The translations under genes and the position numbers were made by a program. From NCBI GenBank assembly GCA_963759805.1, contig CAVXAT010000011.1, positions 1 through 64,000 of the forward strand: a DNA stretch of 64,000 nt. The letters are read 5' to 3'. Shown here piece by piece: positions 50,140 to 60,247 of the stretch; within the stretch, counting starts at the first letter, position 1; every line of letters starts with the position of its first letter. Source of the DNA: an uncultured bacterium. Lineage in GTDB: Bacteria; Babelota; Babeliae; Babelales; RVW-14. A model generated the notes under the pieces. It saw nothing but the letters and a program-made list of their open reading frames with translations, did not search any database and was not told the origin of the DNA.

Positions 50140-51953
50140 ATCAGTCCCTTTGATTGAATCCCCTCTTTAAGTTTTAAAAACTTAGAAAGCAGATCACTAA
50201 GTCTTGTCGGATCATTAAGTTGTTTAGCCTTTGCCATCTCATCCTTAATTCCCTGAACAATCTGCTTCCAATTAACCTTACAAAAGCGTAAAACCAGGAG
50301 ATCAAAAGATTCTTGCGATACATCTTGATTTTTCATGCTCAACTTTATAACCCAATCTCTGTCCTTATTATCAAGGCTGTCAATAAAATGCGAAAAAACT
50401 TTTTTTTCAGTTTCGCTTTTACAGTCTTGTAAGGACATTTCAAATTTCTTTAAGAGAGTTTGTATGTTGATTGAAAAATAAGGTCTTAAATCCTGATCCA
50501 ACTGTATTTCCGATCTTGTTCCCTCATTGTTAATTATAGCAGAAAATATTTTTTCTTCTAGTAATTTTATTTCGCTTTGCTCGTCCTGATCGGATAAATC
50601 CAGCTTCTCTCCCTCATGAGCCTCAGACTCTGGCAATGCCGGTTCGAATTTCTGTTCGAATTTCTTGTATTTATATCGATCCAGTAGTCCTTTAAGAGAA
50701 TTAAATGGAATGTTCATTACCATGGCCGCCTGGGCCAAAACCAAGTCCTTTTTGAACTCATCATCCAGCTTGGCAATAACTGCAACAATTTTATCTGCCA
50801 ATGCAATCTTATCCGACAAGGGTTTTTGTCCAAAATTGCCCCCCAGCGACTCCACAAAAAAACTAAATATATCTTTAGCCTTTTCAACATATTGATCGAT
50901 ATCTTCCCCGCTGCATAAAAGTGAAGCCGGATCGTGTTGAGCAGGCAGAGTAACCACCTTTAACTCCAATTTGGCACCCCAGCAAAATTCCGCAAGCCTT
51001 AGTATCGCATTTTGCCCGGCTTTATCCCCATCATAAACAACATAAAGAGTTTTGATGAATCTGGACAGTAACTTTAAATGCTCAACAGTACAAGCCGTAC
51101 CAAGCGTTGCAACGGTATTTTTATAACCATGTTGAAACATGGTTATGCAATCAGTGTAGCCTTCCACCAAAAATGCGTACTCTTTCTCTTGCATAGTTTT
51201 TTTTGCAACATCAAGAGCAAACAGCAATCGGCCTTTGATAAAACCTTCAGACTCCTTGCTATTGTAATACTTTGGCCGCTCATCCCCCTGCTTAAAAATT
51301 CGTCCTCCAAAGCCGCAGTAACGACCTAAATGATCTTTTATTGGGAATATTATTCGCTCCTCAAATGGCGAATACAGAAACGAACGACCTTCCACTAAAA
51401 TGCCATACTCAAGCATGTCTTTTAGCAGTACTCCCTGACGTGAAAGCTCCTTAACCATTTGATTAACACGATTAAGCCCGCCGGGAAAATATCCAACTTC
51501 AAAGTTTTTTATCGATTCATCTGAAAATTCACGCTTTTTTAAATAACTGATCGCTGTAGAATCAACTAAAAGTTGTTTATGCCAGTACAGTGCAACGGCT
51601 TTACACATGGAAAAATAAGTATCTTTTTCAACAATATTATCAAGAGAGGCATTTGCACCTTTTTTAATCTCTTCAGGAACATTAATTTTGAACTGCTCAA
51701 TTAAAAACTTTGCAGCTTCTATCTGTGTTAAATTTTCAATTTTTGCAATAAATGCTATTGCATCTCCAGATGCATGACACCCAAAACAGTAAAAAATCTG
51801 CTTATCAGGGCTAACCGTAAAGGATGCATCTGTTTCAGTATGGAAAGGGCAAGAACCCTTCCAGTAGGATCCGGCCTGCCGTAACTGCACTCTTTCAGCA
51901 ATTATATCCAGAATAGAAATCTGTGATTTAACAAATTCAAACAATGACGACAT
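50136..51953 (-). CDS. dnaG: DNA primase
   Basis: CPFH...CFGC zinc finger, FGGR, PKYYNS, VEGY.D, YDGDKAG, DP. Confidence 0.97.
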   Translation of the reverse strand: MSSLFEFVKSQISILDIIAERVQLRQAGSYWKGSCPFHTETDASFTVSPDKQIFYCFGCHASGDAIAFIAKIENLTQIEAAKFLIEQFKINVPEEIKKGANASLDNIVEKDTYFSMCKAVALYWHKQLLVDSTAISYLKKREFSDESIKNFEVGYFPGGLNRVNQMVKELSRQGVLLKDMLEYGILVEGRSFLYSPFEERIIFPIKDHLGRYCGFGGRIFKQGDERPKYYNSKESEGFIKGRLLFALDVAKKTMQEKEYAFLVEGYTDCITMFQHGYKNTVATLGTACTVEHLKLLSRFIKTLYVVYDGDKAGQNAILRLAEFCWGAKLELKVVTLPAQHDPASLLCSGEDIDQYVEKAKDIFSFFVESLGGNFGQKPLSDKIALADKIVAVIAKLDDEFKKDLVLAQAAMVMNIPFNSLKGLLDRYKYKKFEQKFEPALPESEAHEGEKLDLSDQDEQSEIKLLEEKIFSAIINNEGTRSEIQLDQDLRPYFSINIQTLLKKFEMSLQDCKSETEKKVFSHFIDSLDNKDRDWVIKLSMKNQDVSQESFDLLVLRFCKVNWKQIVQGIKDEMAKAKQLNDPTRLSDLLSKFLKLKEGIQSKGLI

Positions 51954-51976
51954 AGGTATTTAAAAATCCCTGATAT

Positions 51977-52783
51977 TTAAAAATCTCTTTTTCTAACACT
52001 TACAAAAGTAAAAGCCAAAATTGATATGATCAAAAAACCCAAGGACCAAAGTTGCATTAAAGATAGTGATAAATCTAGATGTAAAGAAGATTGCAACCAA
52101 GAAAAATTCATCATATCGCCCCTGTCACCACGCCAAAAGTCAATCCCAATTCTAGCAACGCTCTCAAGAATTAGATACAAGAAAATTGATTGACCGGGTT
52201 TTTGCAAAAAACGTTTTAAAACAAATAAAATTATAAAAATAGAAAATGACAATAAACTCATATAAATCTGCGTTGGATGCAACGCCACTCCAACAGGAGC
52301 AAAACCAACCGGATCCTTGAATACAATTGAAAAAATAAATCCTTGCGCCTGTGCACCGTAACAACACCCGGCAAGCAGACACCCTATTCTGGCAACCGAT
52401 TGCATCAATGGACCGTACAGGGCAGCAATATCCAAAAACATAAATACTTTTACGGCATGCATTTTCAAGTAAATAGGCAAAGCAATAACGACACCGATAA
52501 TTGAGCCCAAGACAACAAATCCCCCCTGCCACACATAGAACATATCAAGCCATGGATTTGTAAAACTACTCCACTCAGTAATCACAAATAACAAACGCCC
52601 GCCAATCACACCGCTCACAAGACCAACAAAGATTACATTAAAAAATGTGTCGGAATCTATTAATCTTGCCCGACGCGAATCGTTGTACATGCAAACTAAA
52701 AAAAGCAAAAAGCCCAAAACAATCATCACGCCATAACTTTGAACCCAAAGCGGCCCGTAAATATGAAGCAAACGTGGATACAT
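51977..52783 (-). CDS. lgt: Prolipoprotein diacylglyceryl transferase
   Basis: SYG, GGRL, W.GG...G, RIGC..AGCCYG, HPTQ.Y, R...DF.R. Confidence 0.92.
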   Translation of the reverse strand: MYPRLLHIYGPLWVQSYGVMIVLGFLLFLVCMYNDSRRARLIDSDTFFNVIFVGLVSGVIGGRLLFVITEWSSFTNPWLDMFYVWQGGFVVLGSIIGVVIALPIYLKMHAVKVFMFLDIAALYGPLMQSVARIGCLLAGCCYGAQAQGFIFSIVFKDPVGFAPVGVALHPTQIYMSLLSFSIFIILFVLKRFLQKPGQSIFLYLILESVARIGIDFWRGDRGDMMNFSWLQSSLHLDLSLSLMQLWSLGFLIISILAFTFVSVRKRDF

Positions 52784-52930
52784 ACGAAATCCTTAATAAA
52801 TTTATTCCTCAAAATTCTATAAAATAGAAAGCTCCTGCCAAGGATAATCCGTTTATTAATTCCCAGCAAGAGCTTTTTAATTCAAAAATAGATAGGGATT
52901 TAGAATGGCCTCTAAAATTAGTAACTTAAC

Positions 52931-53746
52931 CTAAAACGTAACGCTAATTACACGTGCCGGTAAAAAATTCCTCCAAACAATCGATTCTGTTGAGGATTTT
53001 CCAAGTTTTTTAAAGATTTCGATTAACTCTCTGATTGTTTCAAGAGTCTCTTGTTCTTTGTCAGAAAGAAAGGGCTTCTTGAGCGTTTGAATTGCAATGT
53101 ATTCAAAAAATGTTACAGTTCCACCTGGCTTTATGAGCTTAGTATACATTCCCAATATTTGGCGAACAAGCTTTGGATCGAAAGAATGGAAAGGGAGGCC
53201 GGAGATAATAAAATCATACTGTTTTTTAGTTTCAAACTTCGTTATATCACAACACAAAAAATGTACATCCGGAATTTGCCCAAATTCTTTAATAAGGACA
53301 GCACAGAACAGAGGGTCGATTTCAACAACATCAAAGTCTGATGTAACGTCCATGTCTGCCTGAATCGAATTTCGCAAAATATATTTAATAATATATTTTG
53401 TAAAAATTCCGGTTCCGGCCCCAACCTCAAGAATGGATAATGATTTGTGCCAGTCATAATATTTAATATCTTTTGTCATGGCTCGTGCAAGATATTTTGA
53501 ACTTGGAAAGAGAGATCCAACTTGATGCCGATTGCGCCAAAATTCTGATATAAACAGTATTTTTTCGTGGACGAATGTTTCAACGGATTGCCAAAATGCC
53601 GCCAATTTATTCCAACCTGCCTCGTCCGTTGGCTGTTTTAGGACGATACTTGCGTGATTATCAGTATCCTGTGGCAAAGTCATCGATAATGCTAGATTTG
53701 ATATAAGAAAAGAAAGGACGATCGGGAAAAGTTTAAGCAATTGCAT
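52931..53746 (-). CDS. Class I SAM methyltransferase (phospholipid N-methyltransferase-like) with a signal peptide
   Basis: GS..PSS..LA, LEVGAGTG, IISGLP, PGG....FEY. Confidence 0.8.
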   Translation of the reverse strand: MQLLKLFPIVLSFLISNLALSMTLPQDTDNHASIVLKQPTDEAGWNKLAAFWQSVETFVHEKILFISEFWRNRHQVGSLFPSSKYLARAMTKDIKYYDWHKSLSILEVGAGTGIFTKYIIKYILRNSIQADMDVTSDFDVVEIDPLFCAVLIKEFGQIPDVHFLCCDITKFETKKQYDFIISGLPFHSFDPKLVRQILGMYTKLIKPGGTVTFFEYIAIQTLKKPFLSDKEQETLETIRELIEIFKKLGKSSTESIVWRNFLPARVISVTF

Positions 53747-53942
53747 ACTATTTTTCCTAAAATTATTAAAGTTTATATTTTTAAGAAAGCATATAGTAGA
53801 ATTGCCTCATGTCAACTAGAAAGGCAAATGCATAGATTTGATTTTATAAATATACAAATATGTGCTAATATAGCTCCAGATCGCAGCATGAAGCCATTGC
53901 AAATAATATCAAGAGATCACACTCAAAAATTGGAGAAATGTT

Positions 53943-54695
53943 ATGAAAGCTCAACTTGCACGTATTGATGAAAAAAAGAAAAAGCTTGATTCATTTAGGC
54001 CATTGCCTCCGGCACTAGTAAAAAACCTTGATGAATGGTTTAAAATTGCACTAACTTATACATCAAACGCAATCGAAGGCAACACGCTAAGCCACGAAGA
54101 AACGGCTTTGGTTATTGAAAAGGGGATTACCATTGGGGGGAAAACGGTTACAGAACATCTTGAAGCAATCAATCATGCCAAGGCCATCGATTTTATAAAA
54201 GAGCTCGCCCACAAGAAAAACGATAGCTTATGTCTTGATGATATTTTATCAATACATCGCATAATTTTACAAGGCATTGATCCGATACACGCTGGCATTT
54301 TTAGAACAGTTATGGTTAGAATACTTGGATCAAATCATGTGTTTCCAAACTATCTAAAAGTTCCAATTCTCATGACAGAATTCATGCTATGGCTTACCTC
54401 CACACAAGACCACCCTGTAGAAATTGCAGCTATGGCACATTTCAAATTGGTAAGCATTCATCCATTTGTTGACGGAAACGGCCGAACCGCCAGACTCCTT
54501 ATGAATTTACTCTTGTTACAACAGGGATATCCAATTGCCATTATTAAAAAAGAGGACCGTAAGGCATATATCAATTCGCTAGAACTGGCAGGCAGCACAA
54601 ATGATCTTTCTGTTTTTAAGTCCATTATTTTTCAGGCGGTTGAAAGCAGCTTGGATGGTTATTTGGAAGCCATAACTCAATCAAAAATGGATTAA
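53943..54695 (+). CDS. Fic-domain protein (class II-like, N-terminal inhibitory motif)
   Basis: HPFVDGNGRTAR active site; SNAIEGN inhibitory helix. Confidence 0.95.
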   Translation: MKAQLARIDEKKKKLDSFRPLPPALVKNLDEWFKIALTYTSNAIEGNTLSHEETALVIEKGITIGGKTVTEHLEAINHAKAIDFIKELAHKKNDSLCLDDILSIHRIILQGIDPIHAGIFRTVMVRILGSNHVFPNYLKVPILMTEFMLWLTSTQDHPVEIAAMAHFKLVSIHPFVDGNGRTARLLMNLLLLQQGYPIAIIKKEDRKAYINSLELAGSTNDLSVFKSIIFQAVESSLDGYLEAITQSKMD

Positions 54696-54854
54696 TTTAT
54701 CTCAGTTATTCGGGCTGAACACAAGCTTTTTCAACGTATTTACCCCTTTTTTTTGCCTAAATTGATTTAATTCTAGTATAAATTAAACTTTTAATAAGTT
54801 TCGTGAAATAATTTATTAGTAGAACATTTCAATCAAACAAATGAGAGGTTTATT

Positions 54855-56523
54855 ATGTTTTCTACTCGACATAAGATATTTTTGTTTCTCGCTGTAGCTG
54901 GTATGTGTGTAGCTGCGTCTGATAGTCTGTTTGCAATGCGAACGGGCCCTACGCGCAGAGAGGCGATGCAAGCACATCATCAAGCGCTTAAAAGCGCTCG
55001 TTGGGAATCGCGCCTGCTGGCACCGTTGGTGTCTGCACAACAGCAGCAGAAGACCATTGCCCAGACGCCTGCACAAGCAGGCCAGTTTGCGTTGCAAGAT
55101 GTGAGAGGTCTTGATTGGCAAGCTCCAGAACTGCCAAGCAGGGGGGAGAAGCCAAGCATGCGTATATCGCACTATGGTGCGAGCGGCTTGCGTGTGCGCT
55201 TTGCCGGATTATCGCTTTTTATGATGCTTTTTCTGGTTCAATGTGCAGCTATATGTACCCCGGATCAGTATTATACTCATCCAGAATACTATCCCTGTCA
55301 ATATGCACAGCATTACATTGATGAACATATAAGTGAACTTTATGCATTTCAGGAGAGTTGGACGAATTTTATCCATGAAGTTATTAAGCCCGGTCTTATT
55401 CCCGGTCAGGATAGCGAGACAATGGAAATTCTAGGTATTCCGATAGATTTAAAGTGTTCTCCGCATTGGACTAAATTGTGTACTCAAACTGTTCAAATGT
55501 CTAAAGAAATAGAAGGTGGAAGTTGCGCCTTTATTTTTTTTGAGAAATTGCGGAAAACACAGAAGCAGTTTAATGATTTAAGCGGCCGCTATAACGAGGT
55601 AATATGGCAGAAGTATAAGGAGGCACACGATATTATTGATAAATCGCAGGACGTTGTTGCGGTTGTCAAAGAACTTGATCCGGCATTTGCTGCAGTAGTC
55701 AACGTATTTTTAAAGCAGTCTTGGAAAGAATATGCTGCACAGTCGGGTATAACAATAAGGGATGCTCTCAATACATTGAAAGAGTTTGAAGCAAAAACAC
55801 CTGAATGGAAGGCCTGGCTCGAAAAATGGATGAAGCCGTATAAACTGGTATATGCAATCTACGAAAAGGGCAAAGATGTTGCTGGAGTTGCCGAAGAACT
55901 TGATCCTGCATTAGCTCCAGCGTTTAATGTATTTTTTACGCGGACATTTAAAGAATGTGTTGAATATTTTAAGCAGCAGCCTGATGAGGTAAACAATGCA
56001 CTCCGTAAGATATATGAGTTTAATGCAGGAATAGTTTGCTCAAGCCAAAGGTAGATGCGTATCATCGGGCAACATGCAATTTACAACAATGGCAAAGATG
56101 TTGTTGGGGTTGCCAAAGAAACTTGATCCGGCGCTAACTGAAGCATTCAGCGTATTTTTTAAGCAGTCTTGGCAGGAATATTGTGCACAGGCGTCTGATA
56201 CGATAACAAATGCGTTCAGTAAACTGCAGGAGTACGAAACAAAAATACCTGAACTCAAAACAAAGGTAGATGCGTATAATCGGGCAACTGCAATTTACAA
56301 CAATGGCAAAGATGTTGTTGAGGTTGCCAAAAAACTTGATCCGGCGCTAACTGAAGCATTCAGCGTATTTTTTAAGCAGTCTTGGCAGGAATATTGTGCC
56401 CAGGCATCTGATACGATAAAAAATTCGCTCATAAAACTGCAGGAGTATGAAACAAAAATACCTGAGCTCAAGAAAAATAATGCTCAAGCCGCTGAAGATA
56501 AGCAACATGGCTATGACTTATAA
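54855..56523 (+). pseudogene. Secreted helical-repeat protein (about 71-aa repeats x4), split into ORFs 54855-56054 and 56074-56523 by indels
   Basis: The repeat K/QDV..V..ELDPA...F.VF continues across the break; comparison with the next repeat copy shows -1, +1 and +1 indels at about 56038-56121. Confidence 0.75.
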
Positions 56524-57349
56524 GTGGGTATGGGAACAAATGGAATGAGTTGATTGTTGTAACGTGTTTTTTCATTTTAATATAGGAGGTTTCTCGTGAA
56601 AAATCTAAAAATATTTTTAGCTGTAGCGGCTTTGTGTGTAGGCGCTACACATAGTTTGTTGGCTATGCAAACCGGTAAAACGCGCAGAGAGGCGATGCAA
56701 GCACATCATCAAGCGCTTAAAAGCGCTCGTTGGGAATCGCGCCTGCTGGCGAAGTTAGTATCTGCACAACAGCAGAAAGCCATTGCCCAGGCGCCTGCAA
56801 CGCCATGCGCTTTGCAGGAAGCCTTTAGGAATGCTGCAAGGCAGATGTCGGGTGATGTAGATAGGGCGCAGAGCAGACAACTTGATTTGTTTGAACAATT
56901 ACAACATCAAGCTACCCATAACACATCACATATGTCGCATAAAACAACCCATACTGCTCACACAAATCGGAAATTGGCCTATATGTTACTTGCCTGTTTA
57001 CTTATTCAATCTGCACACGGTGCTATATTGGATGGCCAGCTAACAAAAGTAGCTGATCTAAGTGAACAAATAAAGCAAGTTTGTCATGAAATTGAAAGCA
57101 AATTTCCAGGGGCAGGAATCTGTGCTACAATACTTACTAATACTGGAATCGGTGCCCTTTGTGGGGGAGCACCTGGTGCTTTAGCTGGCGCTGGAATAAC
57201 AATAGCAGGAGAGGCGGCGATAAAAGCTATAAACAACTTTATACATGACATAGCCGGTCCAGAATGGGAAGCTAAGATAGCTCAGTACGCGGGCAAGGTA
57301 AGTCAGGGTATCAACCGGGTTGGGGCTAAAGGTCTCATGGCCTTAGATA

Positions 57350-58373
57350 ACCTGAGTTCGACAATTAAAATTCTTTGAAAAGGACTTCCCTTAAAGCAAA
57401 TCCTCTATAGATTTAGAATGTTAAAACCAATCTAAAAAAGGATTTCAAAAAGGGAAGTAAAATGATTTTAACTCAAATTTTTTATGACGTAGACAATTTT
57501 TGTAAAGATTTTAAAACACATCTAGATGCACATTCAATTTCTGCAGATTTATCGGCATTGGTAAAAAGAGAACAGAAAAGAATGTCTCTCAGTGACATTC
57601 TGACGATACTCATTTATTTTCATCACTCTGGATATCGTACTTTTAAAAAATATTATAAAGAATGTGGCGATTTGAAGGGCGCATTCGACGGGATCGTCAG
57701 CTATAATCGCTTTATAGAGCTGGTTCCGCAGGCTCTTGTGCCGTTAACAATTTTTATGAATTTGTGTTGTAAAAACAAATGTACAGGCTTTGGATTTATC
57801 GATTCAACAAAGCTTCAGGTATGTCATAATTTGCGAATCAACAGAAACAAGGTGTTTTCTGGAATTGCTGCACGCGGAAAAACGTCTACTGGATGGTTTT
57901 ATGGATTTAAACTTCATCTGATTATCAATGAGTGCGGAGAGATAGTATCTTTCATGCTCACACCTGGTAATGTTGCCGACAACAACGCATCTGTAGTAAC
58001 CAACCTTGCCCGAAAGTGCTTCGGAAAGCTTTGGGGAGATCGAGGATATATTTCAAAGAAGCTCTTTGACGCGCTTTTTGCAAAAGGCATAAAACTCATT
58101 ACAAAATTGAAGAAAAAAATGAAAATTCAAATCATGGAAATGGAAGATAGACTTGGCCTTAGTAAGCGTGGAATCATAGAATCAGTCAACTGTATACTCA
58201 AAGAAACCTGTCAAATAGAGCACTCTCGACATCGCAGCCCAACAAACTTTGTTGTCAATCTTATTGCCGGACTTGTTGCATATTGTTTCTTGCCAAAAAA
58301 GCCATCACTTCGAAGCAAGTTTATGCTTAATTTACCAGCCCATGCTTAACTTTTTATAACGTCGAACTCAGGT
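57350..58373 (+). mobile_element. IS982-family element, 1024 bp
   Basis: IRs ACCTGAGTTCGAC / GTCGAACTCAGGT; 6-bp target duplication TAGATA (57344-57349 and 58374-58379). Confidence 0.95.
57462..58349 (+). CDS. IS982-family transposase
   Basis: SYNRF, FIDST, GWFYGFKLHL, GDRGYIS, KRGIIES, IEHSRHRS. Confidence 0.95.
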   Translation: MILTQIFYDVDNFCKDFKTHLDAHSISADLSALVKREQKRMSLSDILTILIYFHHSGYRTFKKYYKECGDLKGAFDGIVSYNRFIELVPQALVPLTIFMNLCCKNKCTGFGFIDSTKLQVCHNLRINRNKVFSGIAARGKTSTGWFYGFKLHLIINECGEIVSFMLTPGNVADNNASVVTNLARKCFGKLWGDRGYISKKLFDALFAKGIKLITKLKKKMKIQIMEMEDRLGLSKRGIIESVNCILKETCQIEHSRHRSPTNFVVNLIAGLVAYCFLPKKPSLRSKFMLNLPAHA

Positions 58374-58802
58374 TAGATAGCACATTGGATGAGAAACGCG
58401 CAACTAGTTTAAGTGGTGATATTGTCACAACAGGGTTTGAAGCTAGTTCTTTCAGTTCACTTCCCAAAAGGTTTTCTGAGAGTGCCCATGGAATATTAAA
58501 ACATACTTTATGTGAAGTAAAAGAGACTTTGGTTGAAAAAGCAAAAGATGAAATAAAAGAGGCGGGCGCAGAAACGGGCATTCCTCAGTCTTTTTCTTCA
58601 GGGACCGCTTTTCCTTCAGGTAATGCTCTCAATCAGCGAGATGCTACAACAGGCATGATGCCTCTTGAGCTGGCTCATCCACTCACCGCAAATCCAGAGC
58701 AAATGTTAAAACTTGACGCCCCTTCGGATAAAGTTGCGACGGAACAGATGGGGACAATGTTTGCCGATAATTATGGTGTTGGCAAAGTTGCCAAGCAAGT
58801 AT

Positions 58803-58985
58803 TGCCAATGCCGTCCATGCCAATGCCGTCTATGCCAATGCCGTCTATGCCAATGCCGTCTATGCCAATGCCGTCTATGCCAATGCCAACTATGTCAATG
58901 CCGTCTACGTCAATGCCAACTATGCCAAGTGTGGCGAATATGCCAATGCCAGCTATGCCAAGTGTGGCAAATATGCCAAGCATGC
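58803..58985 (+). repeat. 15-bp coding tandem repeat (ATGCCAATGCCGTCT) encoding PSMPM
   Basis: About five near-perfect units followed by degenerate units. Confidence 0.9.
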
Positions 58986-59242
58986 CGAGTACGAGTGGAT
59001 TTATAACGCCGCAAGCATTCTCTAATCCAGCAGCCCAAATGCCCGGGGCTATGCAGACGCTTTCATTCGAACCAGCACCAAGCCAATTCGGTGGTAGCTA
59101 TATGCAGTCTGTAGCGCAGACATTCGACACAACAACCGGATACAAGGCGCCTGGGATAAGATAGTATTACGATATCCTGAACAAGCGTCGGCAAAGTTAT
59201 GATTTTTAATTTTCCTAGCATGACCAAATGGAAGGTTTTACG

Positions 59243-59980
59243 ATGAAACGTTTTCTACAAACATTAACCCTGGGCTGCGTAGCCCTTGCACTCACCACTA
59301 CCGTTGCCATGCCTGCCGCACAGCCGCCAACAAGTACTGCGACAGACTATAAAGCTTCAACCTCAACAGCACAACCATCGACGACTGCTCAGGAGTCCGT
59401 CAGAATCCCTGGTACCCAAGCCAAACTATCTTTAGTTCAAGCAAGTGCTTACGCTATCGCTAACCAACTCCTCCAAGCAGGCTCCAACCTTAACACACAA
59501 GCATTCTCAAGTCCTGCTGCATTTTGTAGCAGAATACCGAATGATGTCAAAGAAGCTTTAATCACAGAACTTACAAGACAAGCACTCATTAGCTGGCCGA
59601 GACAACCTATTGGCTGGGGCATCCAAACAATCAATACACACACCATGCTGATTTCGAAAGTAAAATTCAGCCCTGTAGGGGAGGTCAGAAAATGTTCGTT
59701 CAGCCCTGATGGCAATACCCTTGCCTCTGGATCAAGTGACGGCTCAGTCACCATATACACCCGTACTCCTAACAACACTTGGAATATTGTGCGGACCTTT
59801 GATCACACTAATGGCGGCCACCATATAAGCTGGGTCACTAAACTTTCGTTCAGCCCTGATGGCAATGCCCTTATTTCGGAATCAACAGACAGTTCAATCA
59901 AAATATACACCCGTACCAACACACTTGAGGCATTACTGCAACAGATACAATCGCTACAGCAGCAACAACAGACTCATTAA
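59243..59980 (+). CDS. Secreted WD40-repeat protein (partial propeller)
   Basis: Signal peptide; FSPDGNTLASGS.DG and FSPDGNALIS.S.D repeats; poly-Q tail. Confidence 0.85.
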   Translation: MKRFLQTLTLGCVALALTTTVAMPAAQPPTSTATDYKASTSTAQPSTTAQESVRIPGTQAKLSLVQASAYAIANQLLQAGSNLNTQAFSSPAAFCSRIPNDVKEALITELTRQALISWPRQPIGWGIQTINTHTMLISKVKFSPVGEVRKCSFSPDGNTLASGSSDGSVTIYTRTPNNTWNIVRTFDHTNGGHHISWVTKLSFSPDGNALISESTDSSIKIYTRTNTLEALLQQIQSLQQQQQTH

Positions 59981-60005
59981 TTAAAATAGGAAACACTAAT
60001 CCATG

Positions 60006-60030
60006 GATGCTGAAATAAATTCAGCATGAC
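60006..60030. repeat. Family-C hairpin element (intact, intergenic)
   Basis: GATGCTGAA-ATAAA-TTCAGCATGAC. Confidence 0.65.
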
Positions 60031-60167
60031 AGATCTCTGATCGGAAGCTACTTTTGACATCCACAGCTATTTTTACTAGTTATCGAACTGGCGTTAAGTA
60101 TTTTCGGTTGGCGAAAATCCAACACGGATAAAGGTTAGCCACCAGCCCATAACTAAACCAATGTCTT

Positions 60168-60227
60168 GCAGTTGAAAACAGTTTAGACAGTTACTTGGAA
60201 GCAATTAATCAATCCCAAACTATTTGA
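60168..60227 (+). repeat. Diverged copy of the last 20 codons of the fic gene
   Basis: AVENSLDSYLEAINQSQTI* versus Fic AVESSLDGYLEAITQSKMD* (54636-54695); same length to the stop. Confidence 0.85.
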
Positions 60228-60247
60228 GCGATTAAGAAAGAAATTTA

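Larger units (their letters stand above)
56596..59164 (+). pseudogene. Secreted protein (512 aa reconstructed) interrupted by IS982; C-terminal (PSMPM)n tract
   Basis: Removing the IS and one TAGATA copy restores the frame ...GLMALDSTLDEKRATS... Confidence 0.88.

Noticed and set aside
58713..59006. Cys-rich (CQCRL)n ORF and antisense (GIDGI)n ORF
   Set aside because: These are alternative frames of the 15-bp repeat; the PSMPM frame is the one continuous with the IS-interrupted gene
53943..60227. Prophage or integrase-driven island
   Set aside because: No integrase or phage genes; the boundary repeats are diverged gene tails, not identical att sites
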